64,000 nucleotides of DNA, taken from the NCBI GenBank assembly GCA_021155205.1, contig JAJNPS010000016.1, positions 9,927 to 73,926 on the forward strand, in the 5' to 3' direction. Positions 48,581 through 58,598 of the stretch are shown one piece after another. The notes beneath the pieces are model-generated. The model was not told the origin of the DNA and made no database searches. It worked only from the letters and a program-made list of their open reading frames with translations. The translations under genes were made by a program, and so were the position numbers. Numbering within the stretch: the first letter of the stretch is position 1; the number at the start of each line of letters is the position of its first letter. This stretch comes from Rhodobacterales bacterium (lineage in GTDB: Bacteria; Pseudomonadota; Alphaproteobacteria; Rhodobacterales; Rhodobacteraceae).

Positions 48581-49912
48581 CTAGCGCAAAGCCTGTTCCG
48601 CCGCGGCCCCGAGCCGCAATAGCCGCGACTCCGCGCCCGCCTGCATCATGAAGGAAATCCCGCAGGACGGACGCGCGGTGGGCAGGGTCAGCACGGGCAT
48701 GTCCAACAGGTTCGCGATGCGGGTATTGCGCAGCGCCAGCAGGTTTTCCCCGGCATAATAGGCGGCGTCATCCAGCAGACGCCGGGCGTCGGGCGGCAAG
48801 ATCGGCGAGGTCGGCAAAATCACCGCGTCCACCGTGGCGATGCGCCGCGCAAAGGTCTGGCGCAAGGTGTCAAGACGCCGCCAGCTTGCCACATAATCGG
48901 CGGCCGAATAGTCCGCGCCGGATCTGAACCGGTCCAGAATGGGGCGGAACATCTTGTCGGGCGCGGCCTCGATGGTGTCGCGCCAGATGCCATAGGCCTC
49001 GGCGGTAACGACGATCGCGGCAAGGCGCAAAGCTTCGGCCACTTCGGGGGCGGCAAGACGGGTGATCACTGCGCCCGCCTTCGACAGGCGCCGGACCGCG
49101 TCATCAAATCCGGCGCCCGGTGCATCGCGAAGGTCATCCAGCACCACGGTTTCCAGAACCGCCAGCCGCAGTCCCGAAAGATCTGCGCCGCGCAGGTCGG
49201 TGGCGATCCCCTGTTCCAGCGCCGCCAGCAGCAGGGCGCAGTCCTCGACGCTATGCGCAATCGGGCCGATGGTGTCGAACGACGTGGCAAGGGGAACCGT
49301 GCCGCCCAGCGGCAACCGCCCCGCACTGGTTTTCAGTCCCACAAGGTCATTCCAGGCCGATGGGATCCGCACTGATCCTCCGGTATCGGACCCGATGGCC
49401 GCGGGGGCCAATCCGAACGCAACCGATGTGGCGGCGCCGGATGACGACCCGCCGGGAACTGCGCGGGGGTCGTTCAGGCAGGGGGGCGTCGCGGTCACGG
49501 GATTCAGGCCCAGCCCGGAAAAGGCCAGTTCCGACATATGCGTCTTGCCCAGGCACACCAGACCCGCCGCCGTTGCCGCGCGCAACACCCGCGCATCCTG
49601 TTCCGGGGTGCGGCCCCTGAGCAATGCCGAACCTGCCTCTGTCGCGGTGCCTGCGGTGTCGAAAAGGTCCTTCCAGCTGATCGGAACGCCATCCAGCGGG
49701 CCGCGCCGAAGGCCCGACTTCGCGCGCGAATTGGCCGCCATCGCCTCGGCCCGGGCACGGTCCGGGGTGGTGCGGGCATAGATCCGGTCGCCGACCGATG
49801 ACAGGGCGATGGCGTCGAGGAAAAACTCGGTCAGTTCGACCGGATTGACGCGCCCGGCTGCAATCTCGCGGCCAAGCTCGGCGGCCGTCATGTTGGCCCA
49901 GGTCTTGGTCAT
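48581..49912 (-). CDS. Amidase (amidase-signature family)
   Basis: 443 aa from the ATG at 49912. Signature GGSSSGAATSVA and the SIRIPSAWN segment. The ORF-track 698-aa version is an upstream extension. Confidence 0.88.
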   Translation of the reverse strand: MTKTWANMTAAELGREIAAGRVNPVELTEFFLDAIALSSVGDRIYARTTPDRARAEAMAANSRAKSGLRRGPLDGVPISWKDLFDTAGTATEAGSALLRGRTPEQDARVLRAATAAGLVCLGKTHMSELAFSGLGLNPVTATPPCLNDPRAVPGGSSSGAATSVAFGLAPAAIGSDTGGSVRIPSAWNDLVGLKTSAGRLPLGGTVPLATSFDTIGPIAHSVEDCALLLAALEQGIATDLRGADLSGLRLAVLETVVLDDLRDAPGAGFDDAVRRLSKAGAVITRLAAPEVAEALRLAAIVVTAEAYGIWRDTIEAAPDKMFRPILDRFRSGADYSAADYVASWRRLDTLRQTFARRIATVDAVILPTSPILPPDARRLLDDAAYYAGENLLALRNTRIANLLDMPVLTLPTARPSCGISFMMQAGAESRLLRLGAAAEQALR

Positions 49913-49999
49913 GGCGCGGCCCCTTGTGCGTGGTGCAAGCGGCAGGGTAGCGGCACGGCGGCGCATGGACAATCCCGCCAGGGAACGCATAGTCACGCC

Positions 50000-51229
50000 A
50001 TGGAAGATGTCCTTGATGTCGTGATTGCCGGCGGCGGGCTGACGGGTCCGGGCCTTGCGCTGGCGCTGGCCGATGCGGGACTGTCGGTGGCCGTGGTCGA
50101 TGCGCGACCCGAACGCACCCGCGCGGCCGAGGGGTTCGACGGGCGCGCCTACTCGCTGGCCGTCGCGTCGAAACGGCTGTTGTCGGCGGTGGGCGTCTGG
50201 GATGCGGTCGGCGATCAGGCCGAACCCATCCTGCGGGTCGAGGCGGGCGACGGGACCGCAAGCGGCACTAACCCGTCCTATTTTCTGGCTTTTGACTCGG
50301 CCGATCTGGAAGAGGGCCCGATGGGCTTCATGCTTGAGGACAGGTATCTTTACGCGGCCCTTGTGGCGCGGATGCGCGATCATCCGAGGGTGCGGCTGGT
50401 CGCCGGACGGACAGTGGTGGCGCAGGGTGCCGATCGCGGTCTGGCCGAGGTCACGCTGGACGATGGCTGCAAGCTGGCGAGCCGCGTACTGGTCGGCTGC
50501 GACGGGCGCGGGTCGGGGACGGCGACACGGGCCGGGATTTCGCGCACTGGCTGGCGCTATGGGCAGACCGCGCTTGTCTGCGCGGTAGAGCATCCGGCCC
50601 CCCATCAGGGCATTGCGCGGCAGGTGTTCCTGGCGGGGGGGCCGCTGGCGATGCTGCCGCTGAAAGGCGGGCACCACTCCTCGATCGTCTGGAGCGAACA
50701 GGAAGATCTGGCCAGAATCATCGCGGCCCTGCCGGATGCCGACTATCTTGGCGTCGTTTCAGACCGGCTGCAGGGACTGCTTGGGGCAGTCACACTGGCG
50801 GGCGCGCGGTTCAGCTATCCCCTGTCGCTGTCGCTGGCGAACCGCTTTGTGGCGCCGCGCGTGGCGCTGGTCGGCGATGCGGCGCATGGCGTGCATCCCA
50901 TTGCGGGGCAGGGGCTGAACCTTGGCCTGCGAGACGTTGGGGCGCTGGCCGAGGTATTGGTCGCGGCGCGGCGTCGCGGCGAGGATATTGGCGCTGCGGA
51001 CGTCTTGGGCCGGTACGAACGCTGGCGGCGGTCCGACGCGACCTTGCTGGCACTGGGGATGGATGCTGTCAACCGACTGTTTTCAAACGAAAACAATCTG
51101 TTGCGTGCAGCCCGGACGATCGGACTGCGGGCGGTCGGGTCGGTGCCCGCCCTGCGCCGGGCCTTTCAGCGCGAGGCGGCAGGACTGTCCGGGGATGTGC
51201 CGCGCCTGTTGACCGGGCGTCCCTTGTAA
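50000..51229 (+). CDS. UbiH/UbiF/VisC/COQ6-family FAD-dependent hydroxylase (ubiquinone biosynthesis)
   Basis: FAD motif DVVIAGGGLTGPGLALALA, VALVGDAAHGVHPIAGQGLNLGLRD. Confidence 0.88.
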   Translation: MEDVLDVVIAGGGLTGPGLALALADAGLSVAVVDARPERTRAAEGFDGRAYSLAVASKRLLSAVGVWDAVGDQAEPILRVEAGDGTASGTNPSYFLAFDSADLEEGPMGFMLEDRYLYAALVARMRDHPRVRLVAGRTVVAQGADRGLAEVTLDDGCKLASRVLVGCDGRGSGTATRAGISRTGWRYGQTALVCAVEHPAPHQGIARQVFLAGGPLAMLPLKGGHHSSIVWSEQEDLARIIAALPDADYLGVVSDRLQGLLGAVTLAGARFSYPLSLSLANRFVAPRVALVGDAAHGVHPIAGQGLNLGLRDVGALAEVLVAARRRGEDIGAADVLGRYERWRRSDATLLALGMDAVNRLFSNENNLLRAARTIGLRAVGSVPALRRAFQREAAGLSGDVPRLLTGRPL

Positions 51230-51233
51230 CCCG

Positions 51234-51422
51234 TCAGTCGATCTGGCGCGCCTCGTCCACCAGCATGATCGGAATACCGTCACGGATCGGAAAGGCCAGA
51301 TGGGCCGCGCGCGAAACCAGTTCGTTCCTGTCGGCGTCATAGGTCAGGACTGCCTGCGTCACCGGGCAGACCAGCGCCTCCAGCATGCGGCGGTCGAACT
51401 GGCCCGGTGCTGTTTCGCTCAT
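51234..51422 (-). CDS. Trm112-family protein
   Basis: 62 aa with pattern [10 protein letters not shown]...L.YD.....LVS....[13 protein letters not shown]. Confidence 0.85.
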   Translation of the reverse strand: MSETAPGQFDRRMLEALVCPVTQAVLTYDADRNELVSRAAHLAFPIRDGIPIMLVDEARQID

Positions 51423-52072
51423 TGCATCACGTCATCGGATACGCCGCCGCGCAACGCGATCTCGATCAGCGTGACCAGCGTTTCCCGGCGGGTGGTCAGG
51501 GACGGCGCCTCCAGCAACGCCTGTTTGTCCTCGGGGCTGAAAGGACACAGCATCGACAGGGAATTGATCAGAAGTTCCGGCTCCGCCTCGCTCAGGCTGG
51601 ACCAATCGGTCGACAGTTCCATCGCCTGAAAGAACCGGCCCAGAAGGTCAAGAAAGGCCTTGCGGTCAAGGCCGCCGTCCTGTTCTTCGCGCCCAAGGTC
51701 GCGGCTGAACGGAGTCCAGTCGACCAGACAGCGGCGATAGGGGGCAAAGCCCTGCACCTCGTCGCGTACGCGAAACCGCGACAAACCCGACAGCGTGATC
51801 ATGTAGCGGCCGTCCTCGGTTTCCGAAAACCCCGTCAGCCGCCCCGCGCAACCGATCGCGTTCAGACGCTTTTCCTGTCCCTCGGGAACCTCGCGCGGCT
51901 GGATCATCCCGATCAGCCGATGCTTGGTCTTGAGGCAATCGTCGATCATCGCCAGATAGCGTGGTTCGAAAATGTGCAGCGGCAGTCGCGCCCTGGGCAA
52001 AAGCAGGGCCCCCGGCAAGGGAAAAATCGCAATCGTGTCGGGCAGGTCGCCATATTTGTCCATGACGCGCAT
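51419..52072 (-). CDS. LON substrate-binding (N-terminal) domain protein
   Basis: [30 protein letters not shown] is the typical start of a Lon N-domain-only protein. 4-nt overlap with the Trm112 gene. Confidence 0.85.
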   Translation of the reverse strand: MRVMDKYGDLPDTIAIFPLPGALLLPRARLPLHIFEPRYLAMIDDCLKTKHRLIGMIQPREVPEGQEKRLNAIGCAGRLTGFSETEDGRYMITLSGLSRFRVRDEVQGFAPYRRCLVDWTPFSRDLGREEQDGGLDRKAFLDLLGRFFQAMELSTDWSSLSEAEPELLINSLSMLCPFSPEDKQALLEAPSLTTRRETLVTLIEIALRGGVSDDVMQ

Positions 52073-52101
52073 CTAGCCCTTTCGCTGTCCCGGGACAGGG
52101 G

Positions 52102-53022
52102 TCAGGTGAATATCATCGATGATAACCGCCGACGGCCTTTGAGGACAATCGGGTCCTGCGGCTTCAGCGCCTCGAAGATGATGAAAAGCTGCGCCTTGGC
52201 CGCTCCGTCGTTCCAGTCACGGTCCAGCCGGAACAGGTCCAGGAGAACATCGACCGCCTCCTCCACCTTGCCTGCGGCATGCAGGGCGGTCGCAAGGTCG
52301 AACCGGGCCTGCCGGTCGGCGGGATCGGCCGCAACGCGGACACGCAGCGCGTCTTCGGGTCCGGCATTGGCCGCCTGCCGCGCCAGTTCGATCTGGGCGC
52401 GGGCGGCCTCGATCTCTTTTGCGCCTGCGATGGCGGGCGGGACGGCACCGAGAAACGCCTCGGCCTGATCAATGTCGCCAAGGGCCAGATAGCTGCGTAC
52501 CAGACCGCCATAGGCGGCGGCATTGCCCGCATCCTCGGTCAGGATCGCGGCAAATGTTTCGGCGGCATCCGCGACCGCCCCCTGGTCCAGCATCTCTTCG
52601 GCGGCAAGAAGCGCATCTGCCAGACCGCCATCACCGCCAAGGGCGCCGACGCGCTCGATGAACTTCCTGACCTCGGATCCCGGCAGCGCGCCCTGAAAGC
52701 CATCGACCGGCTGGCCCTGCCAGAAGGCATAAACCGTAGGGATCGACTGGATGCGCAGTTGCGCCGAAATCTGCGGGTTGCGGTCCACGTCGATCTTGAC
52801 CAGGCGGACCTTGCCCTTGGCCGCCTTGACCTCGGCCTCCAGCGCCGGGGTCAGGGTCTTGCAGGGACCGCACCAGGTCGCCCAGAAGTCGACGATGACC
52901 GGCACCTCGCGGCTGGCCTCGATCACGTCGGCCAAAAAACTGGCTTCGGTGCCGTCCCTGATCAGATCTGCCGCCGGCGCACCTGGCTCATCCAAACCGA
53001 GCATCGCGTCCCTCGCTGCCAT
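52102..53022 (-). CDS. Thioredoxin-domain plus TPR co-chaperone (YbbN/CnoX-like)
   Basis: N-terminal thioredoxin fold with WATWCGPC. The C-terminal helical repeat region ends in ...NDGAAKAQLFIIFEAL. Confidence 0.85.
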   Translation of the reverse strand: MAARDAMLGLDEPGAPAADLIRDGTEASFLADVIEASREVPVIVDFWATWCGPCKTLTPALEAEVKAAKGKVRLVKIDVDRNPQISAQLRIQSIPTVYAFWQGQPVDGFQGALPGSEVRKFIERVGALGGDGGLADALLAAEEMLDQGAVADAAETFAAILTEDAGNAAAYGGLVRSYLALGDIDQAEAFLGAVPPAIAGAKEIEAARAQIELARQAANAGPEDALRVRVAADPADRQARFDLATALHAAGKVEEAVDVLLDLFRLDRDWNDGAAKAQLFIIFEALKPQDPIVLKGRRRLSSMIFT

Positions 53023-53082
53023 AACACTCCGGCCCTATATGGCGATTTGGGGTTGAAAGGCCAAGGGGGCGTTTCGTCCGCG

Positions 53083-53871
53083 CTAGAGGTCAAATGTCGC
53101 AAAGACCGGCGCGTGGTCCGAGGGCTGGTCCCAGCCGCGCGTCGCGCGCAGGATGCGGCTGGCATGGGCAGCCCCGGCAATGTCGGGCGTGGCCCAGACA
53201 TGATCAAGCCGCCGGCCCTTGTCGGCGGCATGCCAGTCGGCGGACCGATAGCTCCACCAACTGTACAGCAGACCGTCGGGAATGTCCTTGCGCGTGATGT
53301 CCACCCAGGAACCGGCCTCTTGTGCCGCCGCCAGGTGGTCGACCTCGATCGGGGTGTGGCTGACGATCTTCAACAACTGCCTGTGCGACCAGACATCGTC
53401 GGGACGCGGCGCGATGTTGAGATCGCCGACGAGAATGGACCGGCGCGGCGCATCGGCACGAAAGGCGTCCCGCATTTCGGTCAGGAAATCCAGTTTCTGG
53501 CCGAATTTCTCGTTCTCGGCGCGATCGGGGATGTCGCCGCCTGCGGGCACATAGACGTTGTGGATGACGACGCCGTTTTCCAGCGCGGCCGCGACATGGC
53601 GGGCATGCCCAAGCGTGGCATAGTCGGTGGACCCTGCATCGACGATCGGCAGCCTGGACAGGATGGCAACGCCGTTATAGCCCTTTTGCCCGCGTGCCAC
53701 GAGGTAGCGATACCCCAGCGCGACAAAGATGTCGGTCGGGAAAAGATCGACCGGCGTCTTGCATTCCTGCAGACACAGGATGTCGGGGGCCTCGTCCGTC
53801 AGGAGTCTGGCAACCAGTGCAGACCGCAACCGGACAGAATTGATGTTCCAGGTGGCAAGGGTAAAGGTCAT
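53083..53871 (-). CDS. xthA: Exodeoxyribonuclease III
   Basis: 262 aa. LATWNINSVRLR, CLQE, GDLNIAPR and SDHAPV motifs. Confidence 0.93.
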   Translation of the reverse strand: MTFTLATWNINSVRLRSALVARLLTDEAPDILCLQECKTPVDLFPTDIFVALGYRYLVARGQKGYNGVAILSRLPIVDAGSTDYATLGHARHVAAALENGVVIHNVYVPAGGDIPDRAENEKFGQKLDFLTEMRDAFRADAPRRSILVGDLNIAPRPDDVWSHRQLLKIVSHTPIEVDHLAAAQEAGSWVDITRKDIPDGLLYSWWSYRSADWHAADKGRRLDHVWATPDIAGAAHASRILRATRGWDQPSDHAPVFATFDL

Positions 53872-53985
53872 CCGGCGTCTCCTGCCTGCAAGGGGAGGGT
53901 CAGGTTACGCCGCAACTTGGCTGTTCTCAAGGCGGCATACGCAGGCTGGTCGGTCGGATCCCTGCGTGCGATCAGGGATGCAGGA

Positions 53986-54519
53986 TCAGGTATCCTGCCG
54001 CGCGATGTCCACGATCAGCACGTCCGTCACGGTGTCGCCCAACGTCCGCTGCGCGATTTCCAACAGGGCTTGGCGCAGCACGACAAGGTTCGACCCGTCC
54101 GTGAAAGTGCCGCGAAATCCGCCTGCATTCGCATGGTCGAACAGCACCTGCAGGAACACATCCCGCAGTTTCGGTTCGCGCGCATAGACGGCCTCGGTCG
54201 ATCCCGGCGCGACCTCCAGGCTCAGCGACAGGATCACCATCGCGACAACCGCGCCGTTTTCCACCACGGGTACGACAAACTGGTTGTTCAGCTTGACATA
54301 TTCCGGCTGGCCTTCGCTCTGCCCGGCCTCGGTGGTTTTCGCCGGGGTCGGTTCCTTTCCACCGGCTGCCGCAGGGTCGGCGGCCTTGGCGGTAGCCCCG
54401 TCGCTTGTGGATGGCTTGCCGTTGGCTGCGCCCTCCGCATCCGGGCGCAGATAAAGACCTGCGCCAGCACCAAGTGCAGGTCCTGCCAGGGCAAGGATGA
54501 CGGGAACAATCTTTTTCAT
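53986..54519 (-). CDS. fliL: Flagellar basal-body-associated protein FliL
   Basis: N-terminal TM MKKIVPVILALAGPALGAGAGLYL, a low-complexity linker, and the FliL core (YVKLNNQFVVPVV....VAMVILSLSLEV). Confidence 0.8.
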   Translation of the reverse strand: MKKIVPVILALAGPALGAGAGLYLRPDAEGAANGKPSTSDGATAKAADPAAAGGKEPTPAKTTEAGQSEGQPEYVKLNNQFVVPVVENGAVVAMVILSLSLEVAPGSTEAVYAREPKLRDVFLQVLFDHANAGGFRGTFTDGSNLVVLRQALLEIAQRTLGDTVTDVLIVDIARQDT

Positions 54520-54528
54520 GGCCGGGCG

Positions 54529-55248
54529 TCAGAACGGCAGCAGGACATCGGCGACCTGCTGGCCATAGCGCGGTTGCTGGACATCGGTGATCTGGCCCCG
54601 ACCGCCATAGGATATCCGGGCGCCGGCGATCTTGTCATAGGTGATCTCGTTCTTGCGCGAGACATCGACCGGACGCACATAACCCGTCACGATCAGTTCG
54701 CGCAGTTCAAAGTTGACCCGCACCTCCTGCTGGCCCTCGATCCGCAGGACGCCGTTCGGCAGTTCCTCGACCACCGTGGCCGCGACCCGCAGCGTCAGCT
54801 TTTCGTTGCGCGACACCGATCCGTTGCCCTTGAAGGTCGATGTGGCACTGGTGTCGACCGCGTCGGCCATGGCGGCCCCCGCGGGCAGGGCGTTGTCGAT
54901 CCGCTCCGGCAGCCCCAGCAACGAGGGGATTTTCATCTTTTCCGACCCGCTGCGGCTGCGCCCGGTGGAGTTCGAAATTTCGGCTCTGTCGTCGATCTCG
55001 ATCACCACGGTCAGGATGTCGCCGCGCTGCGTTGCGCGCCGGTCGCCGAACAGCGATGCCCGTCCCGCCGTCCAAAGCGACGAGTCGTCGGATGGCGCGT
55101 CGGGATCGGCAGTGTCCGGCAGCCCGCCGGAATACATCGCATTGAACTGATAGCCGCCCTCAAGCGGCGTGAAGTCCGGTGACTTGCCAACCTGATCAAG
55201 GCGAGCGCAGCCTGCCAGAAGCAGCGTGAGAGCAAGGAGAAAACGCAT
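54529..55248 (-). CDS. flgH: Flagellar L-ring lipoprotein FlgH
   Basis: The ATG at 55248 (SD AAGGA) gives the lipobox MRFLLALTLLLAGC. FlgH core GDILTVVIEIDDRAEISNST...NGVLRIEGQQEVRVN. The alternative ATG at 55269 forms an ATGA overlap with flgA. Confidence 0.9.
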   Translation of the reverse strand: MRFLLALTLLLAGCARLDQVGKSPDFTPLEGGYQFNAMYSGGLPDTADPDAPSDDSSLWTAGRASLFGDRRATQRGDILTVVIEIDDRAEISNSTGRSRSGSEKMKIPSLLGLPERIDNALPAGAAMADAVDTSATSTFKGNGSVSRNEKLTLRVAATVVEELPNGVLRIEGQQEVRVNFELRELIVTGYVRPVDVSRKNEITYDKIAGARISYGGRGQITDVQQPRYGQQVADVLLPF

Positions 55249-55265
55249 GGACAATCCTTTTCCTG

Positions 55266-55676
55266 TCATGGCGTGACCCGCACCGATCCATCGGGCGCGA
55301 TCTGGCCGGACATCGTGCTGCGCGAGGCGATGTTCATCACCTGTACCGTGTCGCCGACGCCGCCCCGCCCAAGCGCGCGACCGTCGGCAGAAATGGTCAA
55401 TCCGCCGCGCGTGAACACCAGTGTGACCAACTGGTTGCGGTCGATGATGGCGGCGGGACCGATGGCATCGGGCGTGATCGGGCGGCCTGCATAGATCGCG
55501 ACGCGTGCCTCCAGCCCGATTGCGGCTTCGATCGAGGTCAGCGCGCCGGGGATGGCGGCGGCCACCAGCGTCATGTCTGCCGGTGCAAGGATGGACTGCG
55601 CGCGGATCGTGCGGGTCGCGACCAGGCTTTCGGCCAGCGCGGGCAGCGGCAGGATCAGGAACAAAAGCCGCCACAT
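55266..55676 (-). CDS. flgA: Flagellar P-ring formation chaperone FlgA
   Basis: 136 aa with a signal peptide, a SAF-like domain, and C-terminal GDTVQVMNIASRSTMSGQIAPDGSVRV. Confidence 0.85.
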   Translation of the reverse strand: MWRLLFLILPLPALAESLVATRTIRAQSILAPADMTLVAAAIPGALTSIEAAIGLEARVAIYAGRPITPDAIGPAAIIDRNQLVTLVFTRGGLTISADGRALGRGGVGDTVQVMNIASRSTMSGQIAPDGSVRVTP

Positions 55677-56461
55677 CAGCGCAACTGCGTGGTAGCCGAC
55701 AGCATCTGGTCGGCGGCGGTGATCACCTTGGCGTTCAGCTCATACCCGCGCTGGGCCTTGATCAGTTCCGTGACCTCGCGCACGGAATCGACGGAACTGT
55801 CCTCAAGATAGCCCTGCCGCAGCACGCCCAGGCCATCGAGGCCCGGCGCGCCCGTCAGCGCCGCACCCGACGCCGACGTTTCCAGGTAAAGGTTCGATCC
55901 CATCGCCTCCAGCCCCTTTTCGTTGGTAAACCCCGTCAGTGTCAGTTGCCCCAAAAGCTGCGGGTCAACCTGACCGTTGAAGGTCGCGTAGATGTCGCCG
56001 TTGGGGCTGATCGTCAGAGTGCGCGCGTCGGACGGGATGGTGATGCCGGGTGCGACAGGATAGCCGTCCGACGTCACGATCTGACCATCGGCGGACCGCT
56101 TCAGTGCGCCGTCGCGGGTATAGGCCGCACCGCCCGAGGGCAGCGTCACCTCGATATAGCCGCGCCCTTCGATCATCACGTCAAGATCGCCGCTGGTCTG
56201 GATCGGCCCGCCTTGTGCCAGCATCACCGACACCGAGGTCGGCCGCACGCCCATGCCAAGCTGGACACCGGTCGGCAGCACTGTTCCATCCGCCGCCGAA
56301 ATCGTGCCGGGGGCCGACAGTTGCTGATAGTGCAGGTCGGCAAATTCGGCGCGGCGGGCATTGTAGCCCGTGGTCGACATGTTGGCGAGGTTGTTCGACA
56401 CCACGTCAACCCGCATCTGCTGCGCCGCCATGCCGGAGGCTGCGATCTGTAACGCCTTCAT
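55676..56461 (-). CDS. flgG: Flagellar distal rod protein FlgG
   Basis: The ATG at 56461 is preceded by the SD AGGAGA (the ORF-track start at 56464 is a GTG only 2 nt after the SD). N-terminal NNLANMSTTGYNARR and the C-terminal rod motif. Confidence 0.93.
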   Translation of the reverse strand: MKALQIAASGMAAQQMRVDVVSNNLANMSTTGYNARRAEFADLHYQQLSAPGTISAADGTVLPTGVQLGMGVRPTSVSVMLAQGGPIQTSGDLDVMIEGRGYIEVTLPSGGAAYTRDGALKRSADGQIVTSDGYPVAPGITIPSDARTLTISPNGDIYATFNGQVDPQLLGQLTLTGFTNEKGLEAMGSNLYLETSASGAALTGAPGLDGLGVLRQGYLEDSSVDSVREVTELIKAQRGYELNAKVITAADQMLSATTQLR

Positions 56462-56470
56462 CACGCTCTC

Positions 56471-57181
56471 CTATCGGCCAAGGGTCTGGATGACGCCGCG
56501 GACGCGTTCGTCCTCGGCCTCGAGGAATTTCTGTCCCATCTCATAGCTGCGCTGAACCTGGATCATGCGGGCGACCTCCGAGACGGGCTCGACGTTGCTG
56601 TCCTCAAGGAAGCCCTGCATCACGACCCCGGCTTGTGCCGGTTCCACGCCCGATGCGCTGAACAGAGTGCCGGACTGGTGGCGCAGCGAATTGGGGTCGG
56701 TCGGCTGCCATAGCCCGATCTGGGCCACCGGCGTGCCGTCCGCCGACATCGTGCCGTCCTTGCCGATCGCGACGGATCTGGCCCCCGGCGGCACAAAGAC
56801 CGGCGCGCCGCCCGCATCCAGCAAGCGGTTGCCGTCCATGGTGACAAGTTCACCTTCCGGCGACGGGGTAAAGCTGCCCGCGCGGGTCAGGCGTTCGCCT
56901 TGCGGCGTCTCGATCAGGAAAAACCCGTCACCCTGAATCGCCAGGTCAAACGTCCCGCCGGTCTGTGACAGCCCCGCCTGTGACAGGTCGATCTGCCGCC
57001 CGCTGGCCCGCGCCATCGACAGCGAGGGATCGCCCTCCATCTGGCGAACATATTCAGAGAAGATCACCCCTTCGCGCCGGAACCCGGTGGTCGAGATGTT
57101 GGCGATGTTGTTCGCGACCGTCTGCATTTCGCGCATCAGGCCTGACTGGCGGGTCAAGGTCGTGTAACCTGCGGCTTCCAT
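56471..57181 (-). CDS. flgF: Flagellar proximal rod protein FlgF
   Basis: The ATG at 57181 is preceded by the SD GGGAGG. NNIANISTTGFRRE motif and the C-terminal rod-family segment SNVEPVSEVARMIQVQRSYE. Confidence 0.9.
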   Translation of the reverse strand: MEAAGYTTLTRQSGLMREMQTVANNIANISTTGFRREGVIFSEYVRQMEGDPSLSMARASGRQIDLSQAGLSQTGGTFDLAIQGDGFFLIETPQGERLTRAGSFTPSPEGELVTMDGNRLLDAGGAPVFVPPGARSVAIGKDGTMSADGTPVAQIGLWQPTDPNSLRHQSGTLFSASGVEPAQAGVVMQGFLEDSNVEPVSEVARMIQVQRSYEMGQKFLEAEDERVRGVIQTLGR

Positions 57182-57182
57182 C

Positions 57183-57449
57183 TTAGCCTCCCGCAATCAA
57201 AGGAATGATTTCGTTGGCGAAAAAGTTGACAAGGGTCGAGGTCATGAAGCTCATCGAAAGCCAGAACACGCCCAGCATCGCCGCAACCTTTGGCACAAAG
57301 GTCAGTGTCATTTCCTGCACCGAGGTCAGCGCCTGAAAAAGACCCACCACGACACCGGCCACCAGCGCCACGATCAGCAACGGGGCCGAGATTATCACCG
57401 CGATCCACAGCCCGTGGCGCAACGTGTCAAAGATCAGATCCTGTGACAT
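57183..57449 (-). CDS. fliQ: Flagellar type III export gate protein FliQ
   Basis: 88 aa. FliQ pattern ...LLIVALVAGVVVGLFQALTSVQEMTLTFVPK... Confidence 0.92.
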   Translation of the reverse strand: MSQDLIFDTLRHGLWIAVIISAPLLIVALVAGVVVGLFQALTSVQEMTLTFVPKVAAMLGVFWLSMSFMTSTLVNFFANEIIPLIAGG

Positions 57450-57733
57450 CAGACCGGCATCCGCAGGATTTCCTGATAGGCCTCGACGACCCGGTCGCGC
57501 ACCGTGGCGACCGTCTCCACCGCCAGTTGCGACGAAGCGAGCGCCTGCACCAGCGCCTGCGGATCGGCCCCGCCCGTCATCGCGGCGCGGGCGGTCTGTT
57601 CGTGGCTTTGCAGCGCCTCGGCAAAATTCTGCGCCATGGCGCCGAATTTGGACTCCGCACCGCCGGATTTCGGGGTCGCGGCGGTCTTTCCTTGCGCATA
57701 GGTCTGCGTGGCGAGGGATGTTCTGATGTCCAT
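57449..57733 (-). CDS. fliE: Flagellar hook-basal body complex protein FliE
   Basis: 94 aa with the C-terminal signature VRDRVVEAYQEILRMPV. Confidence 0.88.
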   Translation of the reverse strand: MDIRTSLATQTYAQGKTAATPKSGGAESKFGAMAQNFAEALQSHEQTARAAMTGGADPQALVQALASSQLAVETVATVRDRVVEAYQEILRMPV

Positions 57734-57745
57734 GATGCGGCCTTT

Positions 57746-58126
57746 CTAGCGGCGCAAGAGGTCGAACAGGCTTTGCGTCATCTGGCGCGCCTGGTCGAAA
57801 ATCCGAAGGTTGGCGTCATAGCTGCGCTGCGCCTCGCGGGCGTCGGCGATCTCGATCACCAGATCGACGTTGGAGCCGTCATAGAATCCGGTCGCATCTG
57901 CCAGCGGGTGACCGGGCGCATAGATGCGCTGCAGTTCGGTCTGGTCCAGCGTCACATCGCCCGCGACAACGCGACCCGTGTCCATCTCTTCGTCAAAACT
58001 GATGACCTTGCGCCGATAGCCGGGGGTGTCGGCATTGGCGATGTTTTCCGAGACATGGCGCAGGCGCGTGGCCTGCGCCTGCATCCCCGAGGCGGCAAAA
58101 GACAACGATGTCAAAAGGTCTGCCAT
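57746..58126 (-). CDS. flgC: Flagellar basal-body rod protein FlgC
   Basis: SENIANADTPGYRRK and the C-terminal EIADAREAQRSYDANLRIF. Confidence 0.92.
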   Translation of the reverse strand: MADLLTSLSFAASGMQAQATRLRHVSENIANADTPGYRRKVISFDEEMDTGRVVAGDVTLDQTELQRIYAPGHPLADATGFYDGSNVDLVIEIADAREAQRSYDANLRIFDQARQMTQSLFDLLRR

Positions 58127-58129
58127 GGA

Positions 58130-58513
58130 TTACTTTCGCCCCAGGCTGGCGCGGATCACGTCCGACGTGGCGCGGTAGATCGCCAGCGCCATCTCGTGAC
58201 TTTGTCGCGCCTCGACCGATTTCACCATCTCCAGTTCCAAGGAGACGGTGTTGCCGTTCGGGGCGGCCGATCCGCCGGAAAAGATCGGTTCCACGGGGGT
58301 CGCGCCGTCCGGCGCCCCAAGATGACGCGCGCGGGTCGCGCGCATCGCCAGACCATCGTTCGCGGCATAGGTCTGCGCAAAATCCGGCAGGTCACGGGCC
58401 TTGTAGCCCGGCGTGTCGGCATTGGCGACATTCCGGGCGATCACGCCCAGCCGCGCACCGGCATTGGCGGCAAGCGATTGCGCCATGCGCGTGAGTTCGA
58501 GTTTTTCAAACAT
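58130..58513 (-). CDS. flgB: Flagellar basal-body rod protein FlgB
   Basis: RNVANADTPGYKARD, and the C-terminal LELEMVKSVEARQSHEMALAIY. Confidence 0.9.
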   Translation of the reverse strand: MFEKLELTRMAQSLAANAGARLGVIARNVANADTPGYKARDLPDFAQTYAANDGLAMRATRARHLGAPDGATPVEPIFSGGSAAPNGNTVSLELEMVKSVEARQSHEMALAIYRATSDVIRASLGRK

Positions 58514-58598
58514 CAGGGATTCTCCCGCTGATCAGCTTCACCAAGGCTTAAGAGTGATTCCTTTAGAAAGCGTAATTGCGGAACAAAGGGAGAATTCA

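Noticed and set aside
52279-55182. 967-aa plus-strand ORF spanning the thioredoxin-TPR, xthA, fliL and flgH loci
   Set aside because: It is antisense to four well-supported genes. The translation is Arg/Gly/Pro/Ala-rich low-complexity with no motifs. This is the typical high-GC shadow ORF created by a stop-codon-poor antisense frame.
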